Shown one piece after another: positions 28,980-39,295 of a stretch of DNA of 64,000 bases. Position numbers and translations under genes: made by a program. The notes under the pieces were generated by a model that was not told where the DNA came from, did no database searches, and saw nothing but the letters and a program-made list of their open reading frames with translations. The DNA is from a virus (taxonomy: Duplodnaviria > Caudoviricetes): IMG/VR virus record IMGVR_UViG_3300037047_000246; one strand, 5' to 3'. Position 1 is the first letter of the stretch, and every line of letters starts with the position of its first letter.

Positions 28980-30824
28980 TTACTCGGTCGTCCATTCAGA
29001 AGCGTCCAGTTCGCCCACGCCAGACTCTGGGCTGCCCAGCACCAGGTCTTCCTCTTTCGCCATTCTGCATTCCTCGTCTGTGATGGACCCGCGCCGAAGC
29101 ATCAGGTCCAGGATCAGGTTGACGTGGTTGCGCTTGGCTTCATGCATTTTGCCTGATGCGCCAAAGTAGGAGGCTCTCGGCCTGGGCAGAATAGACGCCA
29201 GGAACACTGACTGGGCAAGAGACAGTCGAGAAGGGTCTGTGCCGAAGTAGTGATTGGCCGCTTGCCCGATGCCCCAGATATCTGGGCCGAACTCCACGGC
29301 GCTCAGGTACGCTTCCAGTATCCTGTCCTTGGTCATGCGCTGCTCTATCGCCATGACCAGAAAGAACTCTTGGACTTTGCGAGACGCTGTTTTGTCCCTG
29401 CTCAAGAACATGTTTTTGGCCAGCTGCATGGTGATCGTGCTGGCCCCACGAACGAACTTTCTGTCTTTGACATTATCCCGGATGGAGTTTCGCACAGCTT
29501 CCACGTCGATGCCTTTGTGGCCCCAGAATCCGGGGTCTTCTGTGGTCACCACGGCTTTCGCCATGTACGGGGAGACGTCGGCCAAAGACACTTTGGCTGG
29601 CCATCCGGCAGCGGCTGACTTGCCTGTGCGGCGGCCTGTGGAGGAGTAGATCGTGCGCGCAAAAGGTTTGCCGGACAGGGCTGCAGACACTTTGTCCGGC
29701 AGCTCCAGCACCTTGCATTTGTTGACGAGCTCGAAGAAAGCCTCAGGCGTTTTTCCGCTTTGCTCGCTCACTTTCGCCGCGCTTCGCATCTCCCCTCCCA
29801 GGCGCATGCCTACAAGCTCTTGCTTCATCGAGTCCGGCACAGCTTGCAGCACGTCTGAACACGGCGTCCAGCCCATGCTGGCTTCCAGCTTCCAGCTCTC
29901 TGCGTCTCTCGACGCCAGCATTTTCAGCGGCACCTGCCCCGCAGTCACGTCTGCCGACCACGACCAGCGGCGGGCAGACTGCACCAGCATCTCTCCGCTC
30001 ACGCAGGTCTCAGGCAGCGTCACAGAGTCTTCTGCCACGGCCCCGTGCTGGCCTGTGGCAGACTTGAACTGGGCCTGGACCGAGATTCGGGCGCCGCCTT
30101 CGCCGGGCGCCGCCGTCACCGCTGCCTGCGCGCCGGCTACGGACAGACCCCAAGGCAAGTCTGCTCTGGCCGCCGCAGCCGAGAACGACACCGAGCCGCC
30201 TTGAGACTGCACGTCCATCACCTCGAGTTCGTGCAGCCGGATGCTGTGGCCCCGGGCAAACAAAATGACTTCTGGCGACTTGGCTTCAGTCTTCCCTGAG
30301 CCTTTGATCACGCGCATGGAGTGGCTCTTTGCCTGACCCCATTTGGACTGCACGATCAGACCCTCCAGCAGCACTTCGACCGAGGTGTCCAGGTTCGCGG
30401 TCACGCAGTCCGCTTCCACCTTTGTGCCGCTGCCGTCGATATCCTCCCACAGCAGCGGCACATTCTTTATTCGAATGCGCATTGATCGGCCAGACGCCCC
30501 AGCCTCGCTCTTGGCTTTCGGCCACCGGCCGCTCATGGTGATTTTGCCGCCTTCAGCGGTCACCTGCTTCGGGGAGAGCTTGTAGTCGAGTTCGATCAAA
30601 GCGAAGCTCAGCACAACGTGCCGAGCCTTGTCTTTGGACGTCATGTCGAGACCGCTCAGCCGAACCCCGCTTCTGGTCAAGGACACCTGTTGCACGGCGG
30701 CGTCCCATCCCCTGGCCTCGAGCTCGCCAATCAGCGCTCTCTTCGCCAAGACAGGAGCGGACAGGTATGCTGCCGCCCCGAGTGCAAAGACAGACAGGGC
30801 GGCCGCTTTTGCGCGTTTTCGCAT
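28980..30824 (-). CDS. Peptidoglycan transglycosylase (GT51, MtgA-like) with N-terminal membrane anchor and beta-rich domain
   Basis: TEDPGFWGHKGID, GASTITMQLAKN, RKVQE, KDRILEAYLS.VEFG; no transpeptidase domain. Confidence 0.9.
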   Translation of the reverse strand: MRKRAKAAALSVFALGAAAYLSAPVLAKRALIGELEARGWDAAVQQVSLTRSGVRLSGLDMTSKDKARHVVLSFALIELDYKLSPKQVTAEGGKITMSGRWPKAKSEAGASGRSMRIRIKNVPLLWEDIDGSGTKVEADCVTANLDTSVEVLLEGLIVQSKWGQAKSHSMRVIKGSGKTEAKSPEVILFARGHSIRLHELEVMDVQSQGGSVSFSAAAARADLPWGLSVAGAQAAVTAAPGEGGARISVQAQFKSATGQHGAVAEDSVTLPETCVSGEMLVQSARRWSWSADVTAGQVPLKMLASRDAESWKLEASMGWTPCSDVLQAVPDSMKQELVGMRLGGEMRSAAKVSEQSGKTPEAFFELVNKCKVLELPDKVSAALSGKPFARTIYSSTGRRTGKSAAAGWPAKVSLADVSPYMAKAVVTTEDPGFWGHKGIDVEAVRNSIRDNVKDRKFVRGASTITMQLAKNMFLSRDKTASRKVQEFFLVMAIEQRMTKDRILEAYLSAVEFGPDIWGIGQAANHYFGTDPSRLSLAQSVFLASILPRPRASYFGASGKMHEAKRNHVNLILDLMLRRGSITDEECRMAKEEDLVLGSPESGVGELDASEWTTE

Positions 30825-30864
30825 CACAGATCTGACATTTGAGTTTTGATTACTTTCGTGCTGC

Positions 30865-31074
30865 ATGGCAATTAAATTCTTCAACATAGCTGCCCGCGTG
30901 GCGTGCTTGGCGCAGCCGCTGTCCGATCGTCCGGACTACGGTTCAAACACCAACCCGGCTCTGCCCCGCGGCGGCGAATGCGGATGCGGCGGGGAGTGCA
31001 AATGCGGGGGCGGAGAGTGCGAAGGCGGGTGCAAATGCTGCGCCAGCAAGACTTCGAAACCGCTGCCTACTTAA
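30865..31074 (+). CDS. Small Cys-rich, metallothionein-like peptide
   Basis: GGECGCGGECKCGGGECEGGCKCC tail; N-terminal IAARVA. Confidence 0.55.
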   Translation: MAIKFFNIAARVACLAQPLSDRPDYGSNTNPALPRGGECGCGGECKCGGGECEGGCKCCASKTSKPLPT

Positions 31075-31666
31075 TCGTGGCTCTGGCTCTGGCTTTGGCT
31101 CTGGCTCTGGCTCTGGCTGGAATTTCTTCTCGCCATTTCCCGAATAATCCGAGCTTGCTGGCATGATATACCGCCGGTGCTAGGTACACCCATGCATCCC
31201 ATGGCATATCTGATTTGAGAGTGTTGCACCTCCAGCAGCATGGAACTACATTACTTTTCAAGTATCCGATGCTGCTATCCTTTCGATCCAAAGTAATTTC
31301 CGAATCTCTACTTCTACAATAGTAGCACGGGCATCCTAGCAGCATTCGTATATCTGATAATTTCAGGTTGCTTTTTTGCCCCTTGTTTCGTACTTTGTTC
31401 CAGTATCCGCACGCTCTTCTATATGCATCGTCGTGTGCCTTTGCCGTGGCTACATTCTTGACATTCTTCTGACTATCGCATTTTTTACAGGTTGTCCTGA
31501 AAGACACGAAAAGATATTCCATGTGTTTTATGACATGACCACTGAACATGGTTAAGAGTTTTTCAGTTTTGCAAACCACACAAACTCTCTTTTCTGTCTG
31601 CTGTCGCTTTTCTAGATGGACAATGGCCTCACCCATCTTGTTTGACTCAAATTTATTGTTAGTCAT
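31067..31666 (-). CDS. HNH endonuclease (free-standing, homing-type)
   Basis: CVVC..CKKC; CYYC..ITLDRKDS.IGY..NVVPCCWRCNTLKSD; AT-richer than flanks. Confidence 0.85.
   Translation of the reverse strand: MTNNKFESNKMGEAIVHLEKRQQTEKRVCVVCKTEKLLTMFSGHVIKHMEYLFVSFRTTCKKCDSQKNVKNVATAKAHDDAYRRACGYWNKVRNKGQKSNLKLSDIRMLLGCPCYYCRSRDSEITLDRKDSSIGYLKSNVVPCCWRCNTLKSDMPWDAWVYLAPAVYHASKLGLFGKWREEIPARARARAKARARATIK
31078..31117. repeat. Hexamer tandem repeat (CTCTGG)n encoding the Ala-Arg tail of the HNH gene
   Basis: tggctctggctctggctttggctctggctctggctctggc. Confidence 0.85.
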
Positions 31667-31769
31667 GTGCTGGTAACGTCATAAACGTTTTATGGGAAGT
31701 ATTAGCACAATGACCTTGTCACCATTTGTGCAGGTAAAGTCTCATGTGTCAACTGCACAGGAGACTTTC

Positions 31770-32795
31770 ATGGAAATCAAGTGGCAGCGCGGCAAGTTCC
31801 ATACTTTCTTCGCAAAGATGAAGATTCGGATCGGCGGCAAAGACAACACCGTCGATGTGATCCACCAGAACGACGAATTCGAGTACGACGGGTCGATCCT
31901 GAAGTACGCTGGCGCTGAAGTGCCGTCCACACACCTGCGCGGAGCTATCGAGAGCGGATGGGCCAGCCAGGTGCAGTACGACGAGACGCCGGTGGACAGG
32001 TTTGTTGCGGACAGGGACGTGGCTAAGGCCACGACCGTCAACCGGGACCTGAGCCGCGTGCAGCGCGGCGGCATCAAAATGGATACGGACAGCCTTGACG
32101 AGGAGACCGTGCTGGAAGTCAATGACCGCGGCAAGATTGAAAAGGCCAGCGCCGGCGTTCGGCCAAAGGTATTGACCAAGCAGGACAATCGCCGCGGCAT
32201 GTCGATGTCCACCAGCGACGCGGATTCTCAGGAAGGCGTTGTCGTGGGCAGGGTCAGGTCTGCCGCCAAGATCAAGGTGGAGGACGTGACCAAGGAGCAC
32301 GGCCTGGCTAGGCAAATCGAAAACCGCGGCCTCGGCAAACCCATACTGGACAAGAGCAAGATCAGGCAGGTGGAAGGCATCACCATCAAGACCAGCGTGT
32401 CCAACATCGATCGGTCGGCAGCGGTGTCCGACGTCAGCGACGGCGAAGGCGTGGTTGTTGGCAAGGTGCGCCGGTCGGAAAAGGTGTCCACGGGAGGCAT
32501 CGAAGTCAAGGACACCAGCAACGTGCGGGCCGGATCCGTGGCCGCAGAAGCGTTCCAGCCTCGCAAGGGCGCGATTGCTATCGACACCAAGCTGCCGCCC
32601 AAGATCCGGATGGCCAGGCGCATCGATCCTGCGTTCCCCGCTGATTGGTCTTTTACCGGCAAGCTTGCCGAGCGCCTCGCCGCGGCCAAAGCCCACGGCA
32701 TCACCCCGCAGTTCCTGGAAGCTCTGTACGCGGCCGAAGGCGACCAGTTCAGGAAACTCTTGGAAAAGACCTTCCCCAAGCAGTTCAGCGGCTGA
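31770..32795 (+). CDS. Hypothetical protein with internal SD...EGVVVG.VR repeats
   Basis: AGGAG RBS; strong codon bias. Confidence 0.75.
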   Translation: MEIKWQRGKFHTFFAKMKIRIGGKDNTVDVIHQNDEFEYDGSILKYAGAEVPSTHLRGAIESGWASQVQYDETPVDRFVADRDVAKATTVNRDLSRVQRGGIKMDTDSLDEETVLEVNDRGKIEKASAGVRPKVLTKQDNRRGMSMSTSDADSQEGVVVGRVRSAAKIKVEDVTKEHGLARQIENRGLGKPILDKSKIRQVEGITIKTSVSNIDRSAAVSDVSDGEGVVVGKVRRSEKVSTGGIEVKDTSNVRAGSVAAEAFQPRKGAIAIDTKLPPKIRMARRIDPAFPADWSFTGKLAERLAAAKAHGITPQFLEALYAAEGDQFRKLLEKTFPKQFSG

Positions 32796-32842
32796 AGCCT
32801 CCGCCGCTCCCCATCGCCCTTTGATGCTCCGTGTGTGCCAAC

Positions 32843-33184
32843 ATGAGCACCACTCGCTTGGCAGGCCCGATAGTCTACATCCAAGAAGAGCTGTCCGATG
32901 CGCGCCTGCGGTGCGACGAGCTCAAGCACATGATGGTGCGGGCAGTGGAGCTCATCAACGCGAGCAAAAAGTCTGACCACTTCTACGCCGTGGCCGGCGA
33001 CATCATTTACAACGCGCCCCAAACTCTGGTCAAGCTCGAGAAGGCGCTGGACGCGGCTGCAATGGCCGTCAACCACATGGACTCGGAAGAGATCCGAGCG
33101 CTGATACGTCCTGAGAAAGTGGACGCGCTCGAAAGAATCCTGGACGAAGTCAGGATGAAGCTGCCGCGCCGAACTGGCGGATGA
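32843..33184 (+). CDS. Hypothetical helical protein
   Basis: Co-directional ORF with biased codons. Confidence 0.7.
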   Translation: MSTTRLAGPIVYIQEELSDARLRCDELKHMMVRAVELINASKKSDHFYAVAGDIIYNAPQTLVKLEKALDAAAMAVNHMDSEEIRALIRPEKVDALERILDEVRMKLPRRTGG

Positions 33185-33194
33185 GGACACACAA

Positions 33195-34397
33195 GTGAAC
33201 AAAGACGACTCCGATCCCAGCGGGTTCGTGCTGAGCGACGCGGCGATGTACGCGTTTCAGTGCCAAGAGGTGTACCCGGACTTGCTCAGTTTTGCTGTGG
33301 CGATCCCGGATCACCTCAAGCCGCTGTTTCTAATTCCTGTGATGGTGCAGACAGCTTCCGAGCCCTCGGACGAGCTTGTGCATATCGCCGCCCGGGTGGC
33401 CAGGCAGCACCTGCCTCCAGTGCAGAGCTTGCCCACTGGAGGCCCAGGACTGACCCCTTCTGGCAGCAGCGACGCCACGGACATGTTCGGCGGATACTCG
33501 ACGTTCGACAACAGGGACACCGAGCCGAACGTGCCTCCGGTCGCAGAGGGGTCTGTCAACGACGCATACCTGGATCCCGGGTCTTTGCCCGCAGCGCAGC
33601 CGCAAGACCAGTTCGTGGACGGCGAGCCCCGGTACGACGCCAGAGTGTGGAATCCTGACAGCACCAGCTACATGACAGACGGAGACTCCGCCGACATTTT
33701 CGACGAGGGATATCCGTACAGGTCAGATCACCAGGTGCGTCACTCGAGCCAGCTGCGCCCGGTGAAGGTGCGCATCGCGATCAAGCCAGAGATCCTGCAG
33801 GAGCACGCCCCGGGCAACATCCAGGACAACGCGGAGAGCTGCTCTTGCAGCTTCGTGTCGTACATGAAGCGCACCCGGATGTACACGTTCTCTGTGCACT
33901 GCGGCAACGTTCCTCACATGGTGCGCGCCGTGCTGTCGGCGATCGACGAAATCACCATGACCTGCGACTGCCCGTTCTGGCGCTGGGGCGGCCCCGAGTA
34001 CCACGCGAAGCAGAACGAGTATATGCTCGGCCGGCCCCGCGGCACTGCAGGGCCGCCTGACATCAGGGATCCGGACCGCAAGAACTGGCTGTGCAAGCAC
34101 GCGTACGCCGTGCTGCGCCATTTGGAGCGGCACGTGCAGCGCATCGTGGACGAGAATTGGGCCCTGGACGACGATGACCTGCTGCTTGAAATCGACGCGG
34201 AGTGGGACAGGTTGAGCGAAGAGGCTGCGACTCCCATGCAGAAGGTGGAAGAGCAAGACCCGGACGTCATCGAACCTGCGGAAGAGCCTGTCGAAGCGCA
34301 AGAAGAGCCGGAGCCTGAAGAAACCGAGCCAGAGCTCGAGCAAGACCCCGGCGCAGAGCCTCCGGAAGCCACAGTCAAGCTCCACATCCGCAGGTAG
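33195..34397 (+). CDS. SWIM-type zinc-finger protein with acidic tail
   Basis: MTCDCPFW...LCKHAYAVL. Confidence 0.75.
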   Translation: MNKDDSDPSGFVLSDAAMYAFQCQEVYPDLLSFAVAIPDHLKPLFLIPVMVQTASEPSDELVHIAARVARQHLPPVQSLPTGGPGLTPSGSSDATDMFGGYSTFDNRDTEPNVPPVAEGSVNDAYLDPGSLPAAQPQDQFVDGEPRYDARVWNPDSTSYMTDGDSADIFDEGYPYRSDHQVRHSSQLRPVKVRIAIKPEILQEHAPGNIQDNAESCSCSFVSYMKRTRMYTFSVHCGNVPHMVRAVLSAIDEITMTCDCPFWRWGGPEYHAKQNEYMLGRPRGTAGPPDIRDPDRKNWLCKHAYAVLRHLERHVQRIVDENWALDDDDLLLEIDAEWDRLSEEAATPMQKVEEQDPDVIEPAEEPVEAQEEPEPEETEPELEQDPGAEPPEATVKLHIRR

Positions 34398-34398
34398 A

Positions 34399-36090
34399 CT
34401 ATAGCTTTTTGAACCACAACACCTTCTCTGATTCCATCACTTTAGTCAAGCCTGCAAATTTGACCAATTCTTGCTCTGTCAAACCCATGTTGCTGGCTTG
34501 GGCATATACGGTCTTCTTATGTATGGCCTTGATCGTCACTGGATCAAGATAGTGATATGATTTGTCTGTGTTGCCTAGTTTAACCCAACCAGCTGCCGCG
34601 TATATTGTGCCTGAGTGTCCTACAGTCGGGTCACTGAAACTAGTGATGGCAATGGTTTCACGTTTTTCTTTCTTGAATGCCTTAACAAACCTGTTGATCA
34701 AATTAGAGCCAGCGTTACTGGTTTTGAATGATGGGGATATACAAAATCGTTTGAGCTCTCTCAGACTCTTGTTCGTGAGTGTGGTTCCGGATAGCCTGCT
34801 TACTTTGGCACACGTGCACTGTCTGATCGGAGAACCGAATGAGCATGCCGCCACTAGTATTCCTGACTGAGTGAATGCTCCATAGTGACAGGCATTTTTG
34901 GTGAAACCTATGTAATGGTATTGGCTGAAGAATGCGCAAGCCGCGTCGGCAGATATCGAGCTGATTGTTAGACTGTTCAGGTCGTCTGTGATTGGATCCA
35001 CTGTGATGGACAGATGTCTGCTTAGGATCGCAAAGACTCTTCCAAGGTTTATTTCATGTTCCCAAATTGATATGAGCTTGTAGTTTGTGTGCCTCTGAAC
35101 ATAAGTGGCTTTGCCTCTATCTCGTGACGTTCCAACATATCCATTGTGCTTGAAATCATGCCAAAAGTCCCCCTGACATTCTACAAGTAAATTCGCTTTG
35201 GGAATATAGAAATCGAACGAATATGGGCCCACTTCATACTGGCGTTCATATTTCGTTCCGATTCTTTCTAATGTTGATTTGACCAGTCGCTCTGTCAGTG
35301 GATCAGATAATTTGGCTTTCACTGCCGGAATGTTTACGATTGATGATACGCCATACTTTGTCCGTATCGTGTTTTTTAGTTTTATGCTTTCACATTTTTT
35401 ACATGTTACCTGTCCAGCTTGACTAACGAAATATGCTATCGTTGTTGGTTTGCGAGTCGAGCAGTGTGGACAGATATGGATTATCTTTTTGCTTGAGTGA
35501 AGAGTTAACGTTGCGGGATCGTATCCGAATTTGATCTTGGTAGCTTCTGTGTCGATCAGATGGACTAACCCACAGATCATATTTCGGTTTTTGGCGCCGT
35601 AATCTGACGCAAAGGATTTTTTGTTCACATCCGATTTTGTTGTCGCATGCAGCGAGGCAAGTCCGATGCAGTCTTGGCATGCGGCTGACTTACGCTTACT
35701 GAGCGTGTTTAAGCATGACTCATACCTTTCGTCGCAAAATTCACATATTGCAACTACTCTTTTAGCAGAGAACGGGCCTAATGAATTCGGCAGGTATCCG
35801 AATTTAGTTAGTGTTGCCTCTGAATCTATTAATTCGCTTTTGGCACGTGAGCTAGTGACCTTCAGAAAAAACTCGTGCCTATCTTCATCGGTGTTTTTCA
35901 TAGAGTACGAAGTAGATATCGAGTTGCATTTCTTGCAAGCTATTGGCACTCTCCTACGTTGCGTAGCGAATCTGTTCATGCAAAATTGGCAGACCGCAAT
36001 TACCTTTCTGTGAGATGACTGACTAAGACTGCTCGGCAAATAGCCGAACTGCAGTAACGTTGATTCAGAGTCAATCACTGAGGTTAGCAT
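34399..36090 (-). CDS. Zn-ribbon repeats + Vsr/DUF559-like nuclease + Mom-like GNAT domain
   Basis: Three ID.E.T...FGY.P..L...S.K..I..C..C repeats; FDFYIP...LLVECQGDFWH; FFSQYHYIG..ELKRFC..SFSDPTVGHSGTIYAAAGW. Markedly AT-rich and antisense to flanks. Confidence 0.8.
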   Translation of the reverse strand: MLTSVIDSESTLLQFGYLPSSLSQSSHRKVIAVCQFCMNRFATQRRRVPIACKKCNSISTSYSMKNTDEDRHEFFLKVTSSRAKSELIDSEATLTKFGYLPNSLGPFSAKRVVAICEFCDERYESCLNTLSKRKSAACQDCIGLASLHATTKSDVNKKSFASDYGAKNRNMICGLVHLIDTEATKIKFGYDPATLTLHSSKKIIHICPHCSTRKPTTIAYFVSQAGQVTCKKCESIKLKNTIRTKYGVSSIVNIPAVKAKLSDPLTERLVKSTLERIGTKYERQYEVGPYSFDFYIPKANLLVECQGDFWHDFKHNGYVGTSRDRGKATYVQRHTNYKLISIWEHEINLGRVFAILSRHLSITVDPITDDLNSLTISSISADAACAFFSQYHYIGFTKNACHYGAFTQSGILVAACSFGSPIRQCTCAKVSRLSGTTLTNKSLRELKRFCISPSFKTSNAGSNLINRFVKAFKKEKRETIAITSFSDPTVGHSGTIYAAAGWVKLGNTDKSYHYLDPVTIKAIHKKTVYAQASNMGLTEQELVKFAGLTKVMESEKVLWFKKL

Positions 36091-36478
36091 GATTTATGAA
36101 TACCATTGTGTGGCATGCGGTAAATCCCAGGATGAAGAGTGTTCGGTGGACACTTTCAAATCTTACAGGCCGGTCTGCCAAGACTGTGGGGGCTTGTGCG
36201 AATATGTGTTCAATCCATCCGGGGTGCAGTTTGTGCTGAAAGATGGTCCTAGTGGGTCATGGCCATCTAAAGGCGAACGCATAAAGAAACAGCGCGCGGC
36301 TTCCTCCGCAGCAGCCGGCAAAAGGCAAAAAGAGCGGTACAAGAATCCGTCGCTTGTTCCCAACTATCTAGGCCGAGAGACGGGAACCTGGGCCGAAGCT
36401 CAACAAGAAGCTGCAAAAGACAAGGGTCAGGAAAGCGCCGCGACGTACTCTGCACTGATCAACAAGACAAAGAGCTGA
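36089..36478 (+). CDS. FmdB-family zinc-ribbon protein
   Basis: MIYEYHCVACG...CQDCGG. Confidence 0.85.
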   Translation: MIYEYHCVACGKSQDEECSVDTFKSYRPVCQDCGGLCEYVFNPSGVQFVLKDGPSGSWPSKGERIKKQRAASSAAAGKRQKERYKNPSLVPNYLGRETGTWAEAQQEAAKDKGQESAATYSALINKTKS

Positions 36479-36609
36479 GAAGGTCCCTCCGGGGCTGCGC
36501 AGTGGCGGAGTCCGCATTCAGGACGTCCCATGGCTGCAGCCGGCTGCGGGACCTGTCGGTTTTTTATCAATCGCGTACTTGAGCTCGCCCGTGGCGCAGC
36601 TGGAAGGAA

Positions 36610-37242
36610 TTGCCGATGCGACAGTTGTCGATTCAGCGCCGCAAACCGGGGCTCGTGGACTTGCTGATCATCAGGACGGCCAACGCTGTGGCCTACAAGC
36701 TCCGGTGGTCCAACAATTTCGACGCCGCGGTCCCGGTGAATTTTCTCGAAGTGCCCCAATCCGGCTACAGGGACCCCGCGGTGTCTGATGCCGGCGACAC
36801 GACTTTGTACGGAAACAGGGTGCGCGCGGTGTTCAACCCTGCGACGTTCGGCATCCCGGACGACTCTCCGTGGTGGCTTCGGGTCTCTCCGCTCAACGCC
36901 GCAGGTGCGGAAATTCACACCACGCCGCCGCTCATGGTGGTGGCGCCCGACCCTAGCGGCTCGTATTTGCCTCAGCTCTCCGTCACCGGAGTCGCCCCGA
37001 ACGTGGTGGACCTCGCCCACGCGCTCGAGTTTCATCTGCCTCGGCAGATGAAGCATTTCAGAGTGCAAAACCTGGCCTCCATGTTCGTGGCGTTTCACCC
37101 CGGCGGGCCAGAGATGCAAGTGCCGGCGTCGCCCACGCCAAAGGACCTGAGCTGGGGATCCACGAGCTCCTCCATTTTCGTTCGAGGAGACGGCGCCGCT
37201 GTACCATTCTCCATGATGTTCGCGCCGGCATACACGATCTGA
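36610..37242 (+). CDS. Hypothetical beta-rich (probably virion) protein
   Basis: Biased codons; within the structural cluster. Confidence 0.7.
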   Translation: MPMRQLSIQRRKPGLVDLLIIRTANAVAYKLRWSNNFDAAVPVNFLEVPQSGYRDPAVSDAGDTTLYGNRVRAVFNPATFGIPDDSPWWLRVSPLNAAGAEIHTTPPLMVVAPDPSGSYLPQLSVTGVAPNVVDLAHALEFHLPRQMKHFRVQNLASMFVAFHPGGPEMQVPASPTPKDLSWGSTSSSIFVRGDGAAVPFSMMFAPAYTI

Positions 37243-37263
37243 AGCTGAGCGCGGGAGACCAAC

Positions 37264-37770
37264 GTGCCGAACGACAGCACAGAATCTCAGCAGGCGCCCT
37301 CGACGAGGACCCGGTCCAGGGCTGTGGAGCTGCAAATTGCGGAGATTGAGCTGGAGACAGCCAAAGTGGAGAAGCTGCACGCGCAGCGGCAGGCCGAGCT
37401 TCAGATAGAGCAGCAGCGCATGCAGCTCAGGCAGCAGCGAGTGCAGTTGGCCATCACGTTCGTCGGCCTTTTGGCAGCTGCCGCCGCCTTGTACAGCAGC
37501 TGGTCCACTAGCCGCAAAAGCGACGAGAGGTACGAAAAGACCAGCCGCGCTGTTGTCGCCATTGGCTCGGCGCAAGTCGAGCAGTACAAGGCGGTGGAAG
37601 ACCTGAGAGGCTACACGGCCGAGGTGGCGAGCGCTGCCCCGGTCTTGATTATTGTCCCGGCTTCGGCGTCTGCTGCGCAGCCCAGAGTCGCCGCGTCCGT
37701 GTCGAGAACGCCCGTTCGCAGACCTCCTCCGGCGGCACCAGCTCCGCCGCCAGATGTGCCGACCTTTTAG
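37264..37770 (+). CDS. Coiled-coil, single-transmembrane protein
   Basis: Q/E-rich helix, TM segment LAITFVGLLAAAAALYSSW, Pro-rich tail. Confidence 0.65.
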   Translation: MPNDSTESQQAPSTRTRSRAVELQIAEIELETAKVEKLHAQRQAELQIEQQRMQLRQQRVQLAITFVGLLAAAAALYSSWSTSRKSDERYEKTSRAVVAIGSAQVEQYKAVEDLRGYTAEVASAAPVLIIVPASASAAQPRVAASVSRTPVRRPPPAAPAPPPDVPTF

Positions 37771-38167
37771 GGCGCTGTGGCAAGTTTGCCCACAATCTGC
37801 AGCAGTCCGTACCAGGTCTCGGTCTGGACAAACTCCGGTGCGTGCGTGACTGCCGCCCCGACCTCGCACACGGTGCATTTTCCGTGCAGGCCGGTCGGCG
37901 ACCCTCTGCGCCTCGTCTTGTGGCAAGCCAGATACGAAGCTGCAGGCTTGTCCAGGAGCTTGTCCAAGGCGCCTATGGCAGAGCGCAGCCCTGCAGACTT
38001 CGTCCGGAGCTCCAAACCCGCGTGGTGGGCGCACCGGCAAAGGTGCCCCGACAGGCGCCCCAAGCTCAGTTTGGCGGACAGGGTCCGCGCGCAGTGACCG
38101 GTCTGCAGTCTGCAGCCTAGACAATGATGCGTTTTTTATTCGGCGTGCTACGTCAGGAGAACTGCAC

Positions 38168-39295
38168 ATGTCCATCAATCTCATCCGAGTTATCAACCAG
38201 CAGACGACTCATCGTTCAATTCTGTTGGACAAATTGGACGACGGCCAAGCGAACACCGAAGGGTACGCGCACAAGAATGTGAAGCAGAAGGTGTACGTGC
38301 CTTTTGCCAATCCGCTCAATCCGGCCGTGCGCGGCTACACTGACCTCGTGCTGACCGACCGCGTTCTTCTGTCGTCTGACGTCGGCGGCACGATCAGCGG
38401 CCTCGTGGCTGCCGGGCGCGTCCTCGCCTTCGCTTTCAGCTCCGCTCTGAAGGCGACGCCCACGATTTCTTCGGTGGCCCACGTCGCTGGCGAAACAACC
38501 ATCACGGGCACGACGTACCTGTCGGTTGTGCCGGACATCACCTACGTGGTGTTCAGGACTCCGGGCGGAGTGACGCAGAAGGTGCCGTCTGCGGCGTTCG
38601 CGTTCTTCAACGCCACACAGATCAGGGTGCAAGACGCGGCTGTCACCATCGGCGTCCCGACCGAAGGCTGGACTGTGACTGTGGAAGCGAACTGCGCGCT
38701 CAGCAACGTGCACCCGATCGGCAATGTGGCGACGATCACCACGGCGATCCTTGAAGTCAACGGAGACGTCACGATTTCCGGCGCGAACTTCACCTCCACT
38801 CCGCCGCTCACTTCGTCTGTCGAAGTCATCGGACTCGGCCCCGTGCCTCCTCTGACTCAGGCGGCAATTCTGGCTGGCGGCGGCGTCTTCACCGACGTGT
38901 CCATCGTCATCCCGGCTGCCATGATTGCCGGCGCCGCGGAAACCACCACCATGGTGCAGATTGTGGCAGAAGGCTTCACCTCTGTGGCCACCGCCTTGAT
39001 CATGACTCCTGTGCTGACTTCGGCGCAGAAGGACGTGCCTATGGCCGGAGACTTGACCATCACCGGATCGAGCTTCCTGTCGACTGCGCCCGAGGTGTCC
39101 AGCGTGGTCATCACTGGCACTGGAGCGATCACGCTCACGTCCGCGGAAATCATTGGCGGCGGCGGCACGTTCCTCGACGCTTCGATCGTCATCCCGGCCG
39201 CTCTGTTCACCAACGGTCCAATCGCTGCGGCCACTTCGTCGGCCCAAGTCTTGGCAGACGGCCTGTCGTCGGCAGTGGTTGCCGTCATCCCGTAG
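38168..39295 (+). CDS. Virion protein with three IPT/TIG-like (Ig-like) repeats
   Basis: AGGAG RBS; repeats P.I.S.....G..TITG..F.S..P. Confidence 0.7.
   Translation: MSINLIRVINQQTTHRSILLDKLDDGQANTEGYAHKNVKQKVYVPFANPLNPAVRGYTDLVLTDRVLLSSDVGGTISGLVAAGRVLAFAFSSALKATPTISSVAHVAGETTITGTTYLSVVPDITYVVFRTPGGVTQKVPSAAFAFFNATQIRVQDAAVTIGVPTEGWTVTVEANCALSNVHPIGNVATITTAILEVNGDVTISGANFTSTPPLTSSVEVIGLGPVPPLTQAAILAGGGVFTDVSIVIPAAMIAGAAETTTMVQIVAEGFTSVATALIMTPVLTSAQKDVPMAGDLTITGSSFLSTAPEVSSVVITGTGAITLTSAEIIGGGGTFLDASIVIPAALFTNGPIAAATSSAQVLADGLSSAVVAVIP

Noticed and set aside
37767-38097. Overlapping small ORFs on both strands
   Set aside because: Could not decide which, if any, is real; no RBS or motif support.
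36427-38196. 589-aa minus-strand ORF and similar long antisense ORFs (7556-8377, 16347-17456, 21394-22587, 38216-39337)
   Set aside because: Antisense shadows typical of GC-rich coding DNA, with no motifs.
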